A stretch of DNA of 64,000 nucleotides from a virus (lineage: Duplodnaviria > Caudoviricetes): the IMG/VR virus record IMGVR_UViG_3300028591_000106, positions 82,597-146,596 of that record; one strand, given 5' to 3'. Made by a program: the position numbers and the translations under genes. This document shows positions 53,755 to 62,344 of this stretch, one piece after another. A model generated the notes under the pieces. The model saw nothing but the letters and a program-made list of their open reading frames with translations, searched no databases and had not been told where the DNA came from. Position 1 is the stretch's first letter, and every line of letters begins with the position of its first letter.

Positions 53755-54108
53755 ATGGGCGCATCAGATTATCGTAAAGTAAATGACCAGTGGGCAGGCG
53801 GCGAAGAGAATCGTCAGAAGCTAGATGAATTTTATACCTCTGATGCGCCGTCCACTGGCAAATCTAAAGGTCGTAAGCATGGCGGCAAGAAGTCTGATCA
53901 TAAGCATATCTATGAGGATGTTATTCTTGTTTTTTCAGACGGTAAAAACCTTCCGTGGAAAGGACGCCGCTGTACGATCTGTGCAAAAGTAGATCCAATA
54001 GGTTTCTTTACCAAGAAAACTGAGGACGGGTATACCCAGCTCATGACTCGTAAAGAAGTTATGGACGAATATAAAGATTTGCCGATTATAGAAGGGGATT
54101 GGATATGA
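53755..54108 (+). CDS. hypothetical protein
   Basis: KSDHKHIYE..CTIC motif. Confidence 0.65.
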   Translation: MGASDYRKVNDQWAGGEENRQKLDEFYTSDAPSTGKSKGRKHGGKKSDHKHIYEDVILVFSDGKNLPWKGRRCTICAKVDPIGFFTKKTEDGYTQLMTRKEVMDEYKDLPIIEGDWI

Positions 54109-54650
54109 TTAAATATATTGTTTTTGCTTTAGTGGGAATCTTTCTTGCTGTCTTTGGAGAATTAAGCGGTCGCAGCACAATGAAAGATAAGATTCTCAGT
54201 GATCCGGAGAAGTATGGCTTAACAAAAAAGCCTAAAGAGGAAGAGGCTATTGCTATTCCGCTAGCTTCTGATGCTCGTATGTTAACTTCACTTGCTATTG
54301 AAAGCGAATATGCAAATTCTCCTTACAAAAGAGATCTTGTCAATCAGATGAAAACTCAAATCAATGCTGCCATTAACATGGGCAAAACTTATACCGAGTT
54401 TGATGCAAGTCTTAAAAAGAAAATTCGTCTTAACTTTACTCGTATGGAACTTGACAATATCTTTGCAAGCCTTGGATATGTAATTCGTTATAATCAGTTT
54501 GGCGAATTTGAATGGATTTGTTGGGATGCCGCAGCTCTCCCTGAAACGGAAGAGATGACTCAGATCAAGGCTCTGAATGAGAGAATGACTTTAGTAAGAT
54601 AGCCTGAACCGATACCTGACATTAAACCAATTTTTAGCGAGACAAGTTAA
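54099..54650 (+). CDS. TM-anchored member of the GY..W paralog family (1 TAG)
   Basis: QINAAINMGK..FASLGYVI..WICW. Confidence 0.7.
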
Positions 54651-54662
54651 GGAGGATTTATT

Positions 54663-54956
54663 ATGTTTGAAATAGCTTCTATTGCGGGCGATTCTATTTT
54701 GAAGGATGCGAAAGAAATGAGAAAGAGAACTGAAGAAGTGTTACCTGCCATTAAAGAAAGTATATGGAGGAAAATTCAAAGAGATATTGAAATTGCAGCT
54801 AATGATGGCTTGTTTGAATGTAGGATTCTTGATAATCATTATCAGCCACTTTCTTACAAAGAAATAGTTACAACCCTTAAATCTAAGGGCTATCGAGTAA
54901 AATTTTCTAGGTATGATTATAGAAATAAATTCGTCCTTCATGTTTACTGGAATTAA
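54663..54956 (+). CDS. hypothetical protein, GY..W paralog family
   Basis: DIEIAANDGL..LKSKGYRV..HVYW. Confidence 0.7.
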   Translation: MFEIASIAGDSILKDAKEMRKRTEEVLPAIKESIWRKIQRDIEIAANDGLFECRILDNHYQPLSYKEIVTTLKSKGYRVKFSRYDYRNKFVLHVYWN

Positions 54957-54967
54957 CTAAATAAAAT

Positions 54968-54996
54968 TTGACATTTTGAAAAAATTGTGCTATAAT
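54968..54996 (+). promoter_or_regulatory. sigmaA-type promoter (perfect consensus)
   Basis: TTGACA-N17-TATAAT. Confidence 0.85.
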
Positions 54997-55022
54997 TATT
55001 ATAAGAAATGTGGAGGGAGTAA

Positions 55023-55331
55023 ATGGAAAATTTAATTTCAGCTTTAGACTGCTTTGATAAAGCAACAAGCGTTACTCTTAAAGAAAGACAGAGTAAAGGC
55101 TTTATTAACTTCGATACTCTTGACGAAGCAATTAAGTATATTAACACTGAAGTCACTAAAGCCTCATCAGAGGGCAAGATGATGATTATGCCTTCTTTAT
55201 ATGTCAAAGGATTAGATCAATATAAGCTCTTTTCTTTGTTAAGAAACGCTGGTTACAAAGTATACCGCGGTTTAGCCGGAGAGTTATATGCTATAAGTTG
55301 GGAAGTTGGTACTTCATTTAAGGAAGATTAA
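55023..55331 (+). CDS. hypothetical protein, GY..W paralog family
   Basis: EVTKASSEGK..LRNAGYKV..AISW. Confidence 0.7.
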   Translation: MENLISALDCFDKATSVTLKERQSKGFINFDTLDEAIKYINTEVTKASSEGKMMIMPSLYVKGLDQYKLFSLLRNAGYKVYRGLAGELYAISWEVGTSFKED

Positions 55332-55481
55332 AGGAGGGATATAATGTCGTTATTTGAATACCTGAAACTCTATTTTGCAGTAAAGGCTGATTGTAAAAGG
55401 AGATGTAAGATGGAGTTTAGGACGCGTATGCGCGAACTTCTGGAGGCTTATCGTCTTCAAGGTTAATAAGGAATAGATATA

Positions 55482-55691
55482 ATGGAGGATACGATGAGTA
55501 AAGATTTTATCTCTTTGGAAGGCGGCAAAACCATACTGAATGTAAATGCAATTGCAATGGTTTTCCCTGACGACGATAGGGATGATATGACTTGTATTAA
55601 CATCATTGGCGGTACAAAGACATTTTATATCAAGGAAAGTTTTGAAAGCGTTAAAAAGAAACTTAACGACTGGGCGGCTGAAGAAAAGTAA
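55482..55691 (+). CDS. small FlbD-like hypothetical protein
   Basis: FISL..ILNVNAI..YIKESFESV. Confidence 0.55.
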   Translation: MEDTMSKDFISLEGGKTILNVNAIAMVFPDDDRDDMTCINIIGGTKTFYIKESFESVKKKLNDWAAEEK

Positions 55692-55717
55692 TATAACTAG
55701 AAAGGAAGTGGGAAAGG

Positions 55718-56860
55718 ATGCTTAAGATTCAGGAGTTTATCCTTGCACACGATAACTGGCGTGAGCTTCTGTCTACTGCGCCTTATAACCTAAAGATTTC
55801 TGAGGATGACGGTTTTGTCCTCTTCAAGTACAACCAGATCAACTCCGATTTCTCTCAGGAGATCTGCAAGGAGGCTCGTGGTCTTATCCTTGATACTCAG
55901 GACAACTTCCGTGTAGTTCGTTATGCCTTCAAGAAGTTCTTCAACATCGACGAGAACTACGCAGCTCATATTGACTGGGATACTGCTGTCGCATCCGAGA
56001 AGATTGACGGCTCTATCATGTCCGTATGGTATGCTCGTGATAAGTGGCACCTGTCTACCAATGGCACCATTGATGCATTTAAGGCAGAGATCTCTGGTGT
56101 AGGTCCTTACAAGACCTTTGGAGACCTGTTCGAGTCTGTATGTCCTATGTCTACTTTCACCTACTTTGATAAGAATAAGTGTATCACTTTCGAGCTTGTC
56201 TCTCCTTACACTAAGGTAGTTATCGACTATCCTAAGACTCAGGTATATGTGCTTTCTATCCGTAATATGACCACTCTTGACGAGTATTCTATTGACTATC
56301 TTCAGGCTTGGGCTGACGCTAACGCTTTTGCTACTCCGCAGGTATATTACCTTAACAGCCAGTCTGACTACCGTAAGTTGGTAGAGGATATGCCTGACGG
56401 TCATGAGGGTATCGTTGTGCGTGACGCAAACGATAACCGTGTAAAGATCAAGACCCTTCTGTACTTCCAGATGCATCGCGCTCGTAACAACGGCGTTCTT
56501 ACTCTTGAGCGTGCGATAGAGCTGATCTTGGCAAATGACCATGCAGAGTTCCTGTCTTATTTTCCTGAGTACACTAACTACTTTGACGCTGTTGCGGCTG
56601 TAATCAATGGGGTTACTCTGGTTGCACAAAACTGGGATGCAGCTCACTTTGCTTCTCAGTGGCAGCAAAAGTTTTCTGAGAAGGTTGCCAAGAAGCAATT
56701 TGCTATCGAGTTCGCAAAGACTAAAGCAGGTGGATTGCAGGCTTTGGCATTTAAGTGCTATGACGGAAATGGCGTAAAGTGGCTTTCTACTCTTACTGCG
56801 GCTCAGTGGACTCGTATGTTTGCACACCAGTTTTCTCTTATTAAGGAGGTTACTCTGTAA
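55718..56860 (+). CDS. ATP-dependent RNA ligase, T4 Rnl1-like
   Basis: EARGLIL, KKFFN, EKIDGS, FELVSP, EGIVV, RVKIK. Confidence 0.9.
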   Translation: MLKIQEFILAHDNWRELLSTAPYNLKISEDDGFVLFKYNQINSDFSQEICKEARGLILDTQDNFRVVRYAFKKFFNIDENYAAHIDWDTAVASEKIDGSIMSVWYARDKWHLSTNGTIDAFKAEISGVGPYKTFGDLFESVCPMSTFTYFDKNKCITFELVSPYTKVVIDYPKTQVYVLSIRNMTTLDEYSIDYLQAWADANAFATPQVYYLNSQSDYRKLVEDMPDGHEGIVVRDANDNRVKIKTLLYFQMHRARNNGVLTLERAIELILANDHAEFLSYFPEYTNYFDAVAAVINGVTLVAQNWDAAHFASQWQQKFSEKVAKKQFAIEFAKTKAGGLQALAFKCYDGNGVKWLSTLTAAQWTRMFAHQFSLIKEVTL

Positions 56861-57126
56861 TGAAAATTCTTGCAAAAATTTTTGCGATATCTGTTTTCGA
56901 TTTTATCTGCATCTACGGTCTTGCTACTATTATTGTAGCTATTGTGTACCGTATTGCAGGTTGGGAACTCGATCCCTATCTCTTCATCGCATCTCTTGCA
57001 TTCGGTAGGATTCTTGAACTAAATATTGACAAGGCTAATGAAGCTCGTAAGCAGATGATAACTTATGCTATTATGAAGCATATGCACGAATTTGAAGAGG
57101 GTGAGGATGATGAGGAAGAAGATTGA
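56860..57126 (+). CDS. membrane protein
   Basis: Two hydrophobic segments, coupled to the ligase. Confidence 0.6.
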   Translation: MKILAKIFAISVFDFICIYGLATIIVAIVYRIAGWELDPYLFIASLAFGRILELNIDKANEARKQMITYAIMKHMHEFEEGEDDEEED

Positions 57127-57373
57127 TTTCTCAGCATATTTAACCTATACTCCATAGGAATAGACTGCTCCGCCGCCAGAGCCAAAGCCAAAAGTCGATA
57201 TGTCTATTTGGCATTAGAGGCATTCTGGCGGCGAAGCGAAGTTTGTTTTCAAGGAAACGGTATCTGATCTAGGAGTAGTAGAGACTGAAGTAGAATATCG
57301 TAAAGCTATTCCTATTGTCATTACAGAGGATGATATTAACCGTTGGCTGCTCTACGGTTCTCCTATGTATTAA
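57107..57373 (+). CDS. hypothetical protein (3 TAG)
   Basis: Fills the gap up to the next promoter when TAG=Q. Confidence 0.55.
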
Positions 57374-57385
57374 GAGAGTAAAAAT

Positions 57386-57414
57386 TTGACTTTTTTGAAA
57401 ATTTGTGGTATAAT
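57386..57414 (+). promoter_or_regulatory. sigmaA-type promoter
   Basis: TTGACT-N17-TATAAT. Confidence 0.8.
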
Positions 57415-57443
57415 ATAAATATAAAAAAAGATGAGGTGATTTT

Positions 57444-57752
57444 ATGATTCTTAATGCGCAAATCGTGGAAACAGTTGTTGCAAGAGGTAGTATCTCTATC
57501 GAATTCGGCTTTGAGTATAACGGTAAACAGGGGCGCGGCAATATTCCTCTGCCTTTGTCTGTTGAAACAATTAGGTCTCTCCTTGATCTTACCGGTATCA
57601 AGTGCTGGGAAGTTCTGAAGGGGCAGTTCATCCGTATTGATGTCGATGATCAAGGCGAAGAATGGGAGATTCTGCGTATCGGCAATATCGTAAGTGATAT
57701 GTGGATCACTATTAGTAAGAAGGATTCAGAAGATAAGACTGCTACTGAGTAA
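57444..57752 (+). CDS. hypothetical protein (paralog of 34541-34990)
   Basis: CWEVLKGQFIR..IGNIVSDMW. Confidence 0.7.
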   Translation: MILNAQIVETVVARGSISIEFGFEYNGKQGRGNIPLPLSVETIRSLLDLTGIKCWEVLKGQFIRIDVDDQGEEWEILRIGNIVSDMWITISKKDSEDKTATE

Positions 57753-57766
57753 GGAGAGATGCTACG

Positions 57767-58090
57767 ATGTGGTTTGACTACCGTGAAGCGAAAAATGAGA
57801 CTGCCGCAAAAAATCAGGCGAGACAAGATTTGTCAGCTCTTTTATTCGAGTTTTTGCAGCAGCAGTTTGGAGAAGAGGGGCAGGTAGCTTATATCGGAAA
57901 GAACGAGATAGGCTTTACCTTCGGAGATGTCATTGATAAGGACGGATGTCCGGTCTATATGGTGGCTACTGTCAAGCCAGTTATCAAGAACTATCAGGCT
58001 CATTCTGGAGATAAGCGTCCGTCTGAAGCATTTGACTTTGATCAGGCGGCACAAGATTTCGCAGAGGAGCAGGCAGCGAAAGAAAAATAA
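57767..58090 (+). CDS. hypothetical protein
   Basis: AAGGAG SD. Confidence 0.7.
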   Translation: MWFDYREAKNETAAKNQARQDLSALLFEFLQQQFGEEGQVAYIGKNEIGFTFGDVIDKDGCPVYMVATVKPVIKNYQAHSGDKRPSEAFDFDQAAQDFAEEQAAKEK

Positions 58091-58100
58091 AAATAAAAAT

Positions 58101-58129
58101 TTGCTTTTTTCTTAATTTTGTGCTATAAT
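58101..58129 (+). promoter_or_regulatory. sigmaA-type promoter
   Basis: TTGCTT-N17-TATAAT. Confidence 0.7.
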
Positions 58130-58161
58130 ATATATAGAAAGTTAAGAAAGGGGTAGATACC

Positions 58162-58806
58162 ATGTATATGGTCATGAATACTCGCGGCGATGTATTTAAT
58201 ATGTCGCCGTGCGTCTATGAAGATGCACGACGCAACTACAACTGCGGTGGATATGCGCTTGGTATTTATGAGTGGTGGATTCCATACATGACGCCTAATC
58301 GCATTGAGTGTGACTACGATGAAGTTTATGATGAAGCAGATTCTTATGATGAAGATGATGTTTCTGAAGACGCTGTTCGTGCTCGTGAGATCCTTGCATA
58401 CTGGGATGAAAGATATTCTGACATGATTGACGGCTTTGAATATCTGTTCAGACTTTGCTTTAACCGTGAGTATACTGCAAATGATGAATGGGATCTTGCA
58501 GAGTTTGACAATAAGATGTGTCTGGATTTTTCTGTTTTTATTCTGCTTCGTAGCTTCAAGTGGCTTCGCCGCATCGACTCTTTCAAAGAACTGCGTGACG
58601 ATGAATATGGCATTGTCTTTGCCGTAGGTCATGGAGATTTCCATTTCGTTCGTTACGAGAATGGTATCTTTACCCATAAAAGGGGCGGCACCGATATTGA
58701 AGTTGTGAAGAAGTGGAAGGAAGCATTCCGTATTCCTTATGGGGATGAGGTGCGCTATGATGCAGGTCATGCCTTCTTTGCAGCCAAGAAAGAGGGGTTA
58801 AGATGA
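58162..58806 (+). CDS. hypothetical protein with YNC..YALG / DFHF / HKRG motifs (possible papain-like Cys-His enzyme)
   Basis: Motif pattern only. Confidence 0.6.
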   Translation: MYMVMNTRGDVFNMSPCVYEDARRNYNCGGYALGIYEWWIPYMTPNRIECDYDEVYDEADSYDEDDVSEDAVRAREILAYWDERYSDMIDGFEYLFRLCFNREYTANDEWDLAEFDNKMCLDFSVFILLRSFKWLRRIDSFKELRDDEYGIVFAVGHGDFHFVRYENGIFTHKRGGTDIEVVKKWKEAFRIPYGDEVRYDAGHAFFAAKKEGLR

Positions 58807-59246
58807 GTACAAGAAGCGTAATCGGTGTCTATGATAATGATACCAACAGTGTAAAATTTGTATATTGTCATAGTGACGGTTATCCTGAACACATGGTGCC
58901 GGCGCTGAAGCACTATACTGATAAAGAAACTATTATGAACGAAATCATCGGCATCGGTGGTTTTCGTTTTCTTGACGAGAAGTTCGGACCGGAGCGTCCG
59001 TATGGAAGAAATGATGGGGATGAGCCTGTCCCCGCAGGCAGAAGAACTCTGCACAACTTTATTCATCAGAGAGATCTTTATGGTGCAGATTTCCGCTATC
59101 TCTTTATGAATGGTAAGTGGATGTGTTTTGATTTCGATCCTGCTGATTATGACGAAGATGATGAATATGTCATTGAGCTGAAAGAGAAGCTCAAGACAAT
59201 GCTTTCCTTTGTTCCGAATGAATACGGAGGCTATGATTTTCTTTAA
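58803..59246 (+). CDS. conserved phage hypothetical protein
   Basis: MSTRS.I..YCHSDGYP motif. Confidence 0.7.
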   Translation: MSTRSVIGVYDNDTNSVKFVYCHSDGYPEHMVPALKHYTDKETIMNEIIGIGGFRFLDEKFGPERPYGRNDGDEPVPAGRRTLHNFIHQRDLYGADFRYLFMNGKWMCFDFDPADYDEDDEYVIELKEKLKTMLSFVPNEYGGYDFL

Positions 59247-59261
59247 GAAAGGAGTGAGAAG

Positions 59262-60122
59262 ATGACCGATTTTGAAAAGCGTGATTACAATGCTCGTATG
59301 GCTGTCTTTGATGCGGCAAAACATCTTGTTGAACTTGGTCATAAGGTTGTAAGTGTTAATCTGTACGGCAGCCAAAACTACGACTGCGACACTCCTACCA
59401 GCGACCATGACTTTAAGGCAATCGTCATTCCTAGCATGGATGATGTTATTTTTAACCGCAAGCCTATCAGTACCGATATCGAGTTCAATGGCGGCTTAAT
59501 TGATATTAAGGATATCCGTCTGATGTTTGACAACTACAAGAAGCAGAATGTCAATTTCATTGAAACTCTTTTTACTCGGTGGTACTGGGCGGCTCCTGAC
59601 TTCGTCCATGAATGGGAGAGAGCTCGTGAAATGGCTGATAGAGTAGCTTTTGCTGATCCTGCTAAAAGTATTAACTGCATGATTGGCATGGCTAAGGAAA
59701 AGGAGCACGCACTGGCACAGCTTTACCCTAGCAAGGTCGCAATCGTTGAGAAGTACGGTTTCGATCCTAAGCAACTTATGCACATTCTCCGTCTGTATAA
59801 TCTTATGCAGCGTTTTGTCTGGAAACTTGAAAGAGATACTATCCCTACTTATGGTGATCTGCTTATTCCCGATGACAATACCATCGACTACCTGATGATG
59901 ATCAAGACCATGACTATGGAGACTCCTATCACTGTCGAACAGGCTAAGGCTATGGCGGCGGAGCATATTGCTCTAATGGAGGATATCAGAGACCGTTTCA
60001 AAAATGCTCATGAGGATCAGTGGGGCTTTGTTGATGAAGCAACTTATGCAGATTTCGATGCAATTCGTGGAGCAATCATGCGCAAAGGTTTTGCGACTGA
60101 AATTTTTGGGGGTAACTGGTAA
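59262..60122 (+). CDS. Pol-beta-superfamily nucleotidyltransferase (RlaP/YcgL-like)
   Basis: YGSQNY..DTPTSDHDFKAI, NFIETLF, K.LMHILRL. Confidence 0.85.
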   Translation: MTDFEKRDYNARMAVFDAAKHLVELGHKVVSVNLYGSQNYDCDTPTSDHDFKAIVIPSMDDVIFNRKPISTDIEFNGGLIDIKDIRLMFDNYKKQNVNFIETLFTRWYWAAPDFVHEWERAREMADRVAFADPAKSINCMIGMAKEKEHALAQLYPSKVAIVEKYGFDPKQLMHILRLYNLMQRFVWKLERDTIPTYGDLLIPDDNTIDYLMMIKTMTMETPITVEQAKAMAAEHIALMEDIRDRFKNAHEDQWGFVDEATYADFDAIRGAIMRKGFATEIFGGNW

Positions 60123-60448
60123 TGGAGCAATTTTATTTCAACGGAAATAACTATAATGTATAGGGGATTGAACTGCATATAAAACGATAGGATACAGGCT
60201 AGGAGGAGTTTCTTTATTTCAAAGATCCGACTAACATTTAGTGTACTACTGACATGAATGCTATTCGTACTGACTGTGGTGGCACTATAGCTATGCAAGG
60301 AGTCGAAATAAATCATCATGTTTCATTTGATTGCGGCTCTGTTTCTATTGTCAATGTTAATCGAATTGCGCCAGTAGTGGATGTGGAAAAAGCAACTACT
60401 CCGCCTGTTCCAGAGAAAGAACCAGACAGCTTGGAAATTACATGGTAA
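60122..60448 (+). CDS. hypothetical protein (4 TAG)
   Basis: TAATG-coupled; in frame with ORF 60254-60448. Confidence 0.6.
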
Positions 60449-60452
60449 AAAT

Positions 60453-60481
60453 TTGACATTTTTAGAAAAATATGCTATAAT
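60453..60481 (+). promoter_or_regulatory. sigmaA-type promoter (perfect consensus)
   Basis: TTGACA-N17-TATAAT. Confidence 0.85.
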
Positions 60482-60514
60482 AATTATAGAAAAGATGAGA
60501 AAGGGGTTGTTATC

Positions 60515-61342
60515 GTGACTAGGCTCGAATCTATTCTGGCTTCAGTTCAGGACACCGAGGTTTTTAAGAAAGCCGTAGAGTGTCTTTCTCAGGATTTTCA
60601 TAATTATGAAGGCGAAGAGGATTGCGTCTTTGAAGACGGAGTCCTTGAAGATTTTTGCTATGAAAATTCTACCGAAACAATGGAGTTTACTTGGGGTTCT
60701 GGTGTGAGCAAGGTTGCCCTTGTATGCAGCTCTTTCGACGGAAACGATTATGCTCTGAAGACTGCATATGTCGGTGCCGCATATTCACCATACAATCCTG
60801 ATAAGGAAGATGATGAAGAAGATTGGCAGTTCTCTGAATATAAGTATGCAGATGAATGCCGCGTAGAGTACCTCGTATATCGTGCTGCTGTCGCGGCAGG
60901 TCTTGGTCATTTCTTTGCTGAAATGATTAAGATTGATACTGGCGTCTATATGCAGGAGAAGTATGATTCTTCTATCAGCCGTCTTGAAAATGAAGATATG
61001 GGACTTCATATCAGCGAGACACTCCTTACTTCCGATCTTTGCGATCGTTGCAGATCTGACTGGATTCTTTGGGAAAGGGATGCCATCGAGGATCTGGTAG
61101 AGCGTATCGGCTTAGAGAGCCTTTTCTCTCATTTAAGACACGATTGCAGCTCTTTTATGATGTTCTATAATCGTTACAGTATTGTTGAACTTCGTCGTCT
61201 CCAAGCATTTCTCGATGAATATGACATCAATGATCTGCACAGCTCAAATATTGGTGTCTTTGGCAACGATGTAAAGTTCATTGACTACTGCGGCTATGAG
61301 TCTAGCACATCTGAAAAGGTCGGCGTAAAAGCAGAAGAATAA
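60515..61342 (+). CDS. protein-kinase-like fold enzyme
   Basis: GSGVSK glycine loop, ALK, DLHSSN catalytic loop, IDY. Confidence 0.75.
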   Translation: MTRLESILASVQDTEVFKKAVECLSQDFHNYEGEEDCVFEDGVLEDFCYENSTETMEFTWGSGVSKVALVCSSFDGNDYALKTAYVGAAYSPYNPDKEDDEEDWQFSEYKYADECRVEYLVYRAAVAAGLGHFFAEMIKIDTGVYMQEKYDSSISRLENEDMGLHISETLLTSDLCDRCRSDWILWERDAIEDLVERIGLESLFSHLRHDCSSFMMFYNRYSIVELRRLQAFLDEYDINDLHSSNIGVFGNDVKFIDYCGYESSTSEKVGVKAEE

Positions 61343-61414
61343 TTGATCGTGGCGCAAAATTATAGAGAAAAATAGTTTTGCGCCACATATATACAAATCC
61401 TATGGAGAAGAATA

Positions 61415-61618
61415 ATGAAACAAGTATATCTACTTTTCGGCACACCAAAAGATATTGGATGTGATCGAATTCTTGCAGTATACTCTTCATATGAAGCAGC
61501 TCAGGCAGATTTTCAAAGCTGGATGGCGGCGGAAGAGTATAATCCAAATCCTCAGTTTGACGGACTTTATATTTTGCCGTTTACCGTTCACGATCATCCT
61601 ATGGGGGTAAAGCTATGA
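61415..61618 (+). CDS. hypothetical protein
   Basis: GGAG SD. Confidence 0.6.
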   Translation: MKQVYLLFGTPKDIGCDRILAVYSSYEAAQADFQSWMAAEEYNPNPQFDGLYILPFTVHDHPMGVKL

Positions 61619-61830
61619 ACCAGACCTTTACCCTCTATGACAATGAAAAGAAATAGATTGTCGATGACGAAATTACTATAGTTCAGTTTATTGATTTTTA
61701 CCTTAGTGATATAGAAGATTTAGACTCTCATCCCGAAAAGCATAGGCGTAAGTGTTTCTTGATGAAGTTGAATCACTTGGCGCGTAAGGAGAATTTTGTT
61801 TTTCGGAATTTTGAATTTTCAAAAAATTGA
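61615..61830 (+). CDS. hypothetical protein (1 TAG)
   Basis: ATGA-coupled. Confidence 0.5.
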
Positions 61831-61855
61831 CTTTTTATGAAAAATATGCTATAAT
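61827..61855 (+). promoter_or_regulatory. sigmaA-type promoter of the tRNA array
   Basis: TTGACT-N17-TATAAT. Confidence 0.8.
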
Positions 61856-61883
61856 ATTTATAGAAAAGTTAAAAAAGAGATAA

Positions 61884-61957
61884 TTCCGGTTCGTCTAACG
61901 GTAGGACGCCTGCCTTTGAAGCAGCGAATAGGGGTTCGATTCCCTTACCGGAAACCA
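61884..61957 (+). tRNA. tRNA-Gln(TTG)
   Basis: Cloverleaf, loop CTTTGAA, T1-A72, encoded CCA. Confidence 0.92.
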
Positions 61958-61967
61958 ATGAATCTAT

Positions 61968-62041
61968 GGGCTTGTGGCGTAACAGGTTAGCGCTTCCGGC
62001 TCATAACCGGCTGGTTCTGGGTTCGAGTCCCAGCAAGCCCA
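61968..62041 (+). tRNA. tRNA(CAT), probably Ile2 (lysidine type), otherwise Met
   Basis: GGGCTTG acceptor stem, CCGG-CTCATAA-CCGG arm. Confidence 0.85.
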
Positions 62042-62045
62042 CTCA

Positions 62046-62161
62046 TAGACATTGTCAGCAAATTCGTATTTTTATACAGGTTAGCTCAGAGGACTAGAGC
62101 ACTCTGGTAAAAACAGAGAGATCATGGGTTCGAATCCCATACCGGCGTGAAAAGATGTCTA
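62046..62161 (+). ncRNA. putative Y-like RNA 4 with an embedded tRNA-like domain
   Basis: Stem TAGACATT/GATGTCTA then GTCAGCAA; intact D, anticodon and T arms but mispaired acceptor stem and no CCA. Confidence 0.65.
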
Positions 62162-62169
62162 GTTTATAA

Positions 62170-62243
62170 TGCCACATCGCCAAGAGGGTTAAGGCGCCGG
62201 TCTCTGAAACCGGTATTCGCAGGTTCGAATCCTGCTGTGGCAA
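62170..62243 (+). tRNA. tRNA-Gln(CTG)
   Basis: CCGGT-CTCTGAA-ACCGG, T1-A72. Confidence 0.92.
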
Positions 62244-62344
62244 TCCCGTCGCCCATAGGACGGAAGGTTTTAGGTGCTGTAGGGAGCTATGGGAATCCTC
62301 CCAGCTCAATGAGGTTCTGAAAAATGGATCCGCCTAGCCATCAT

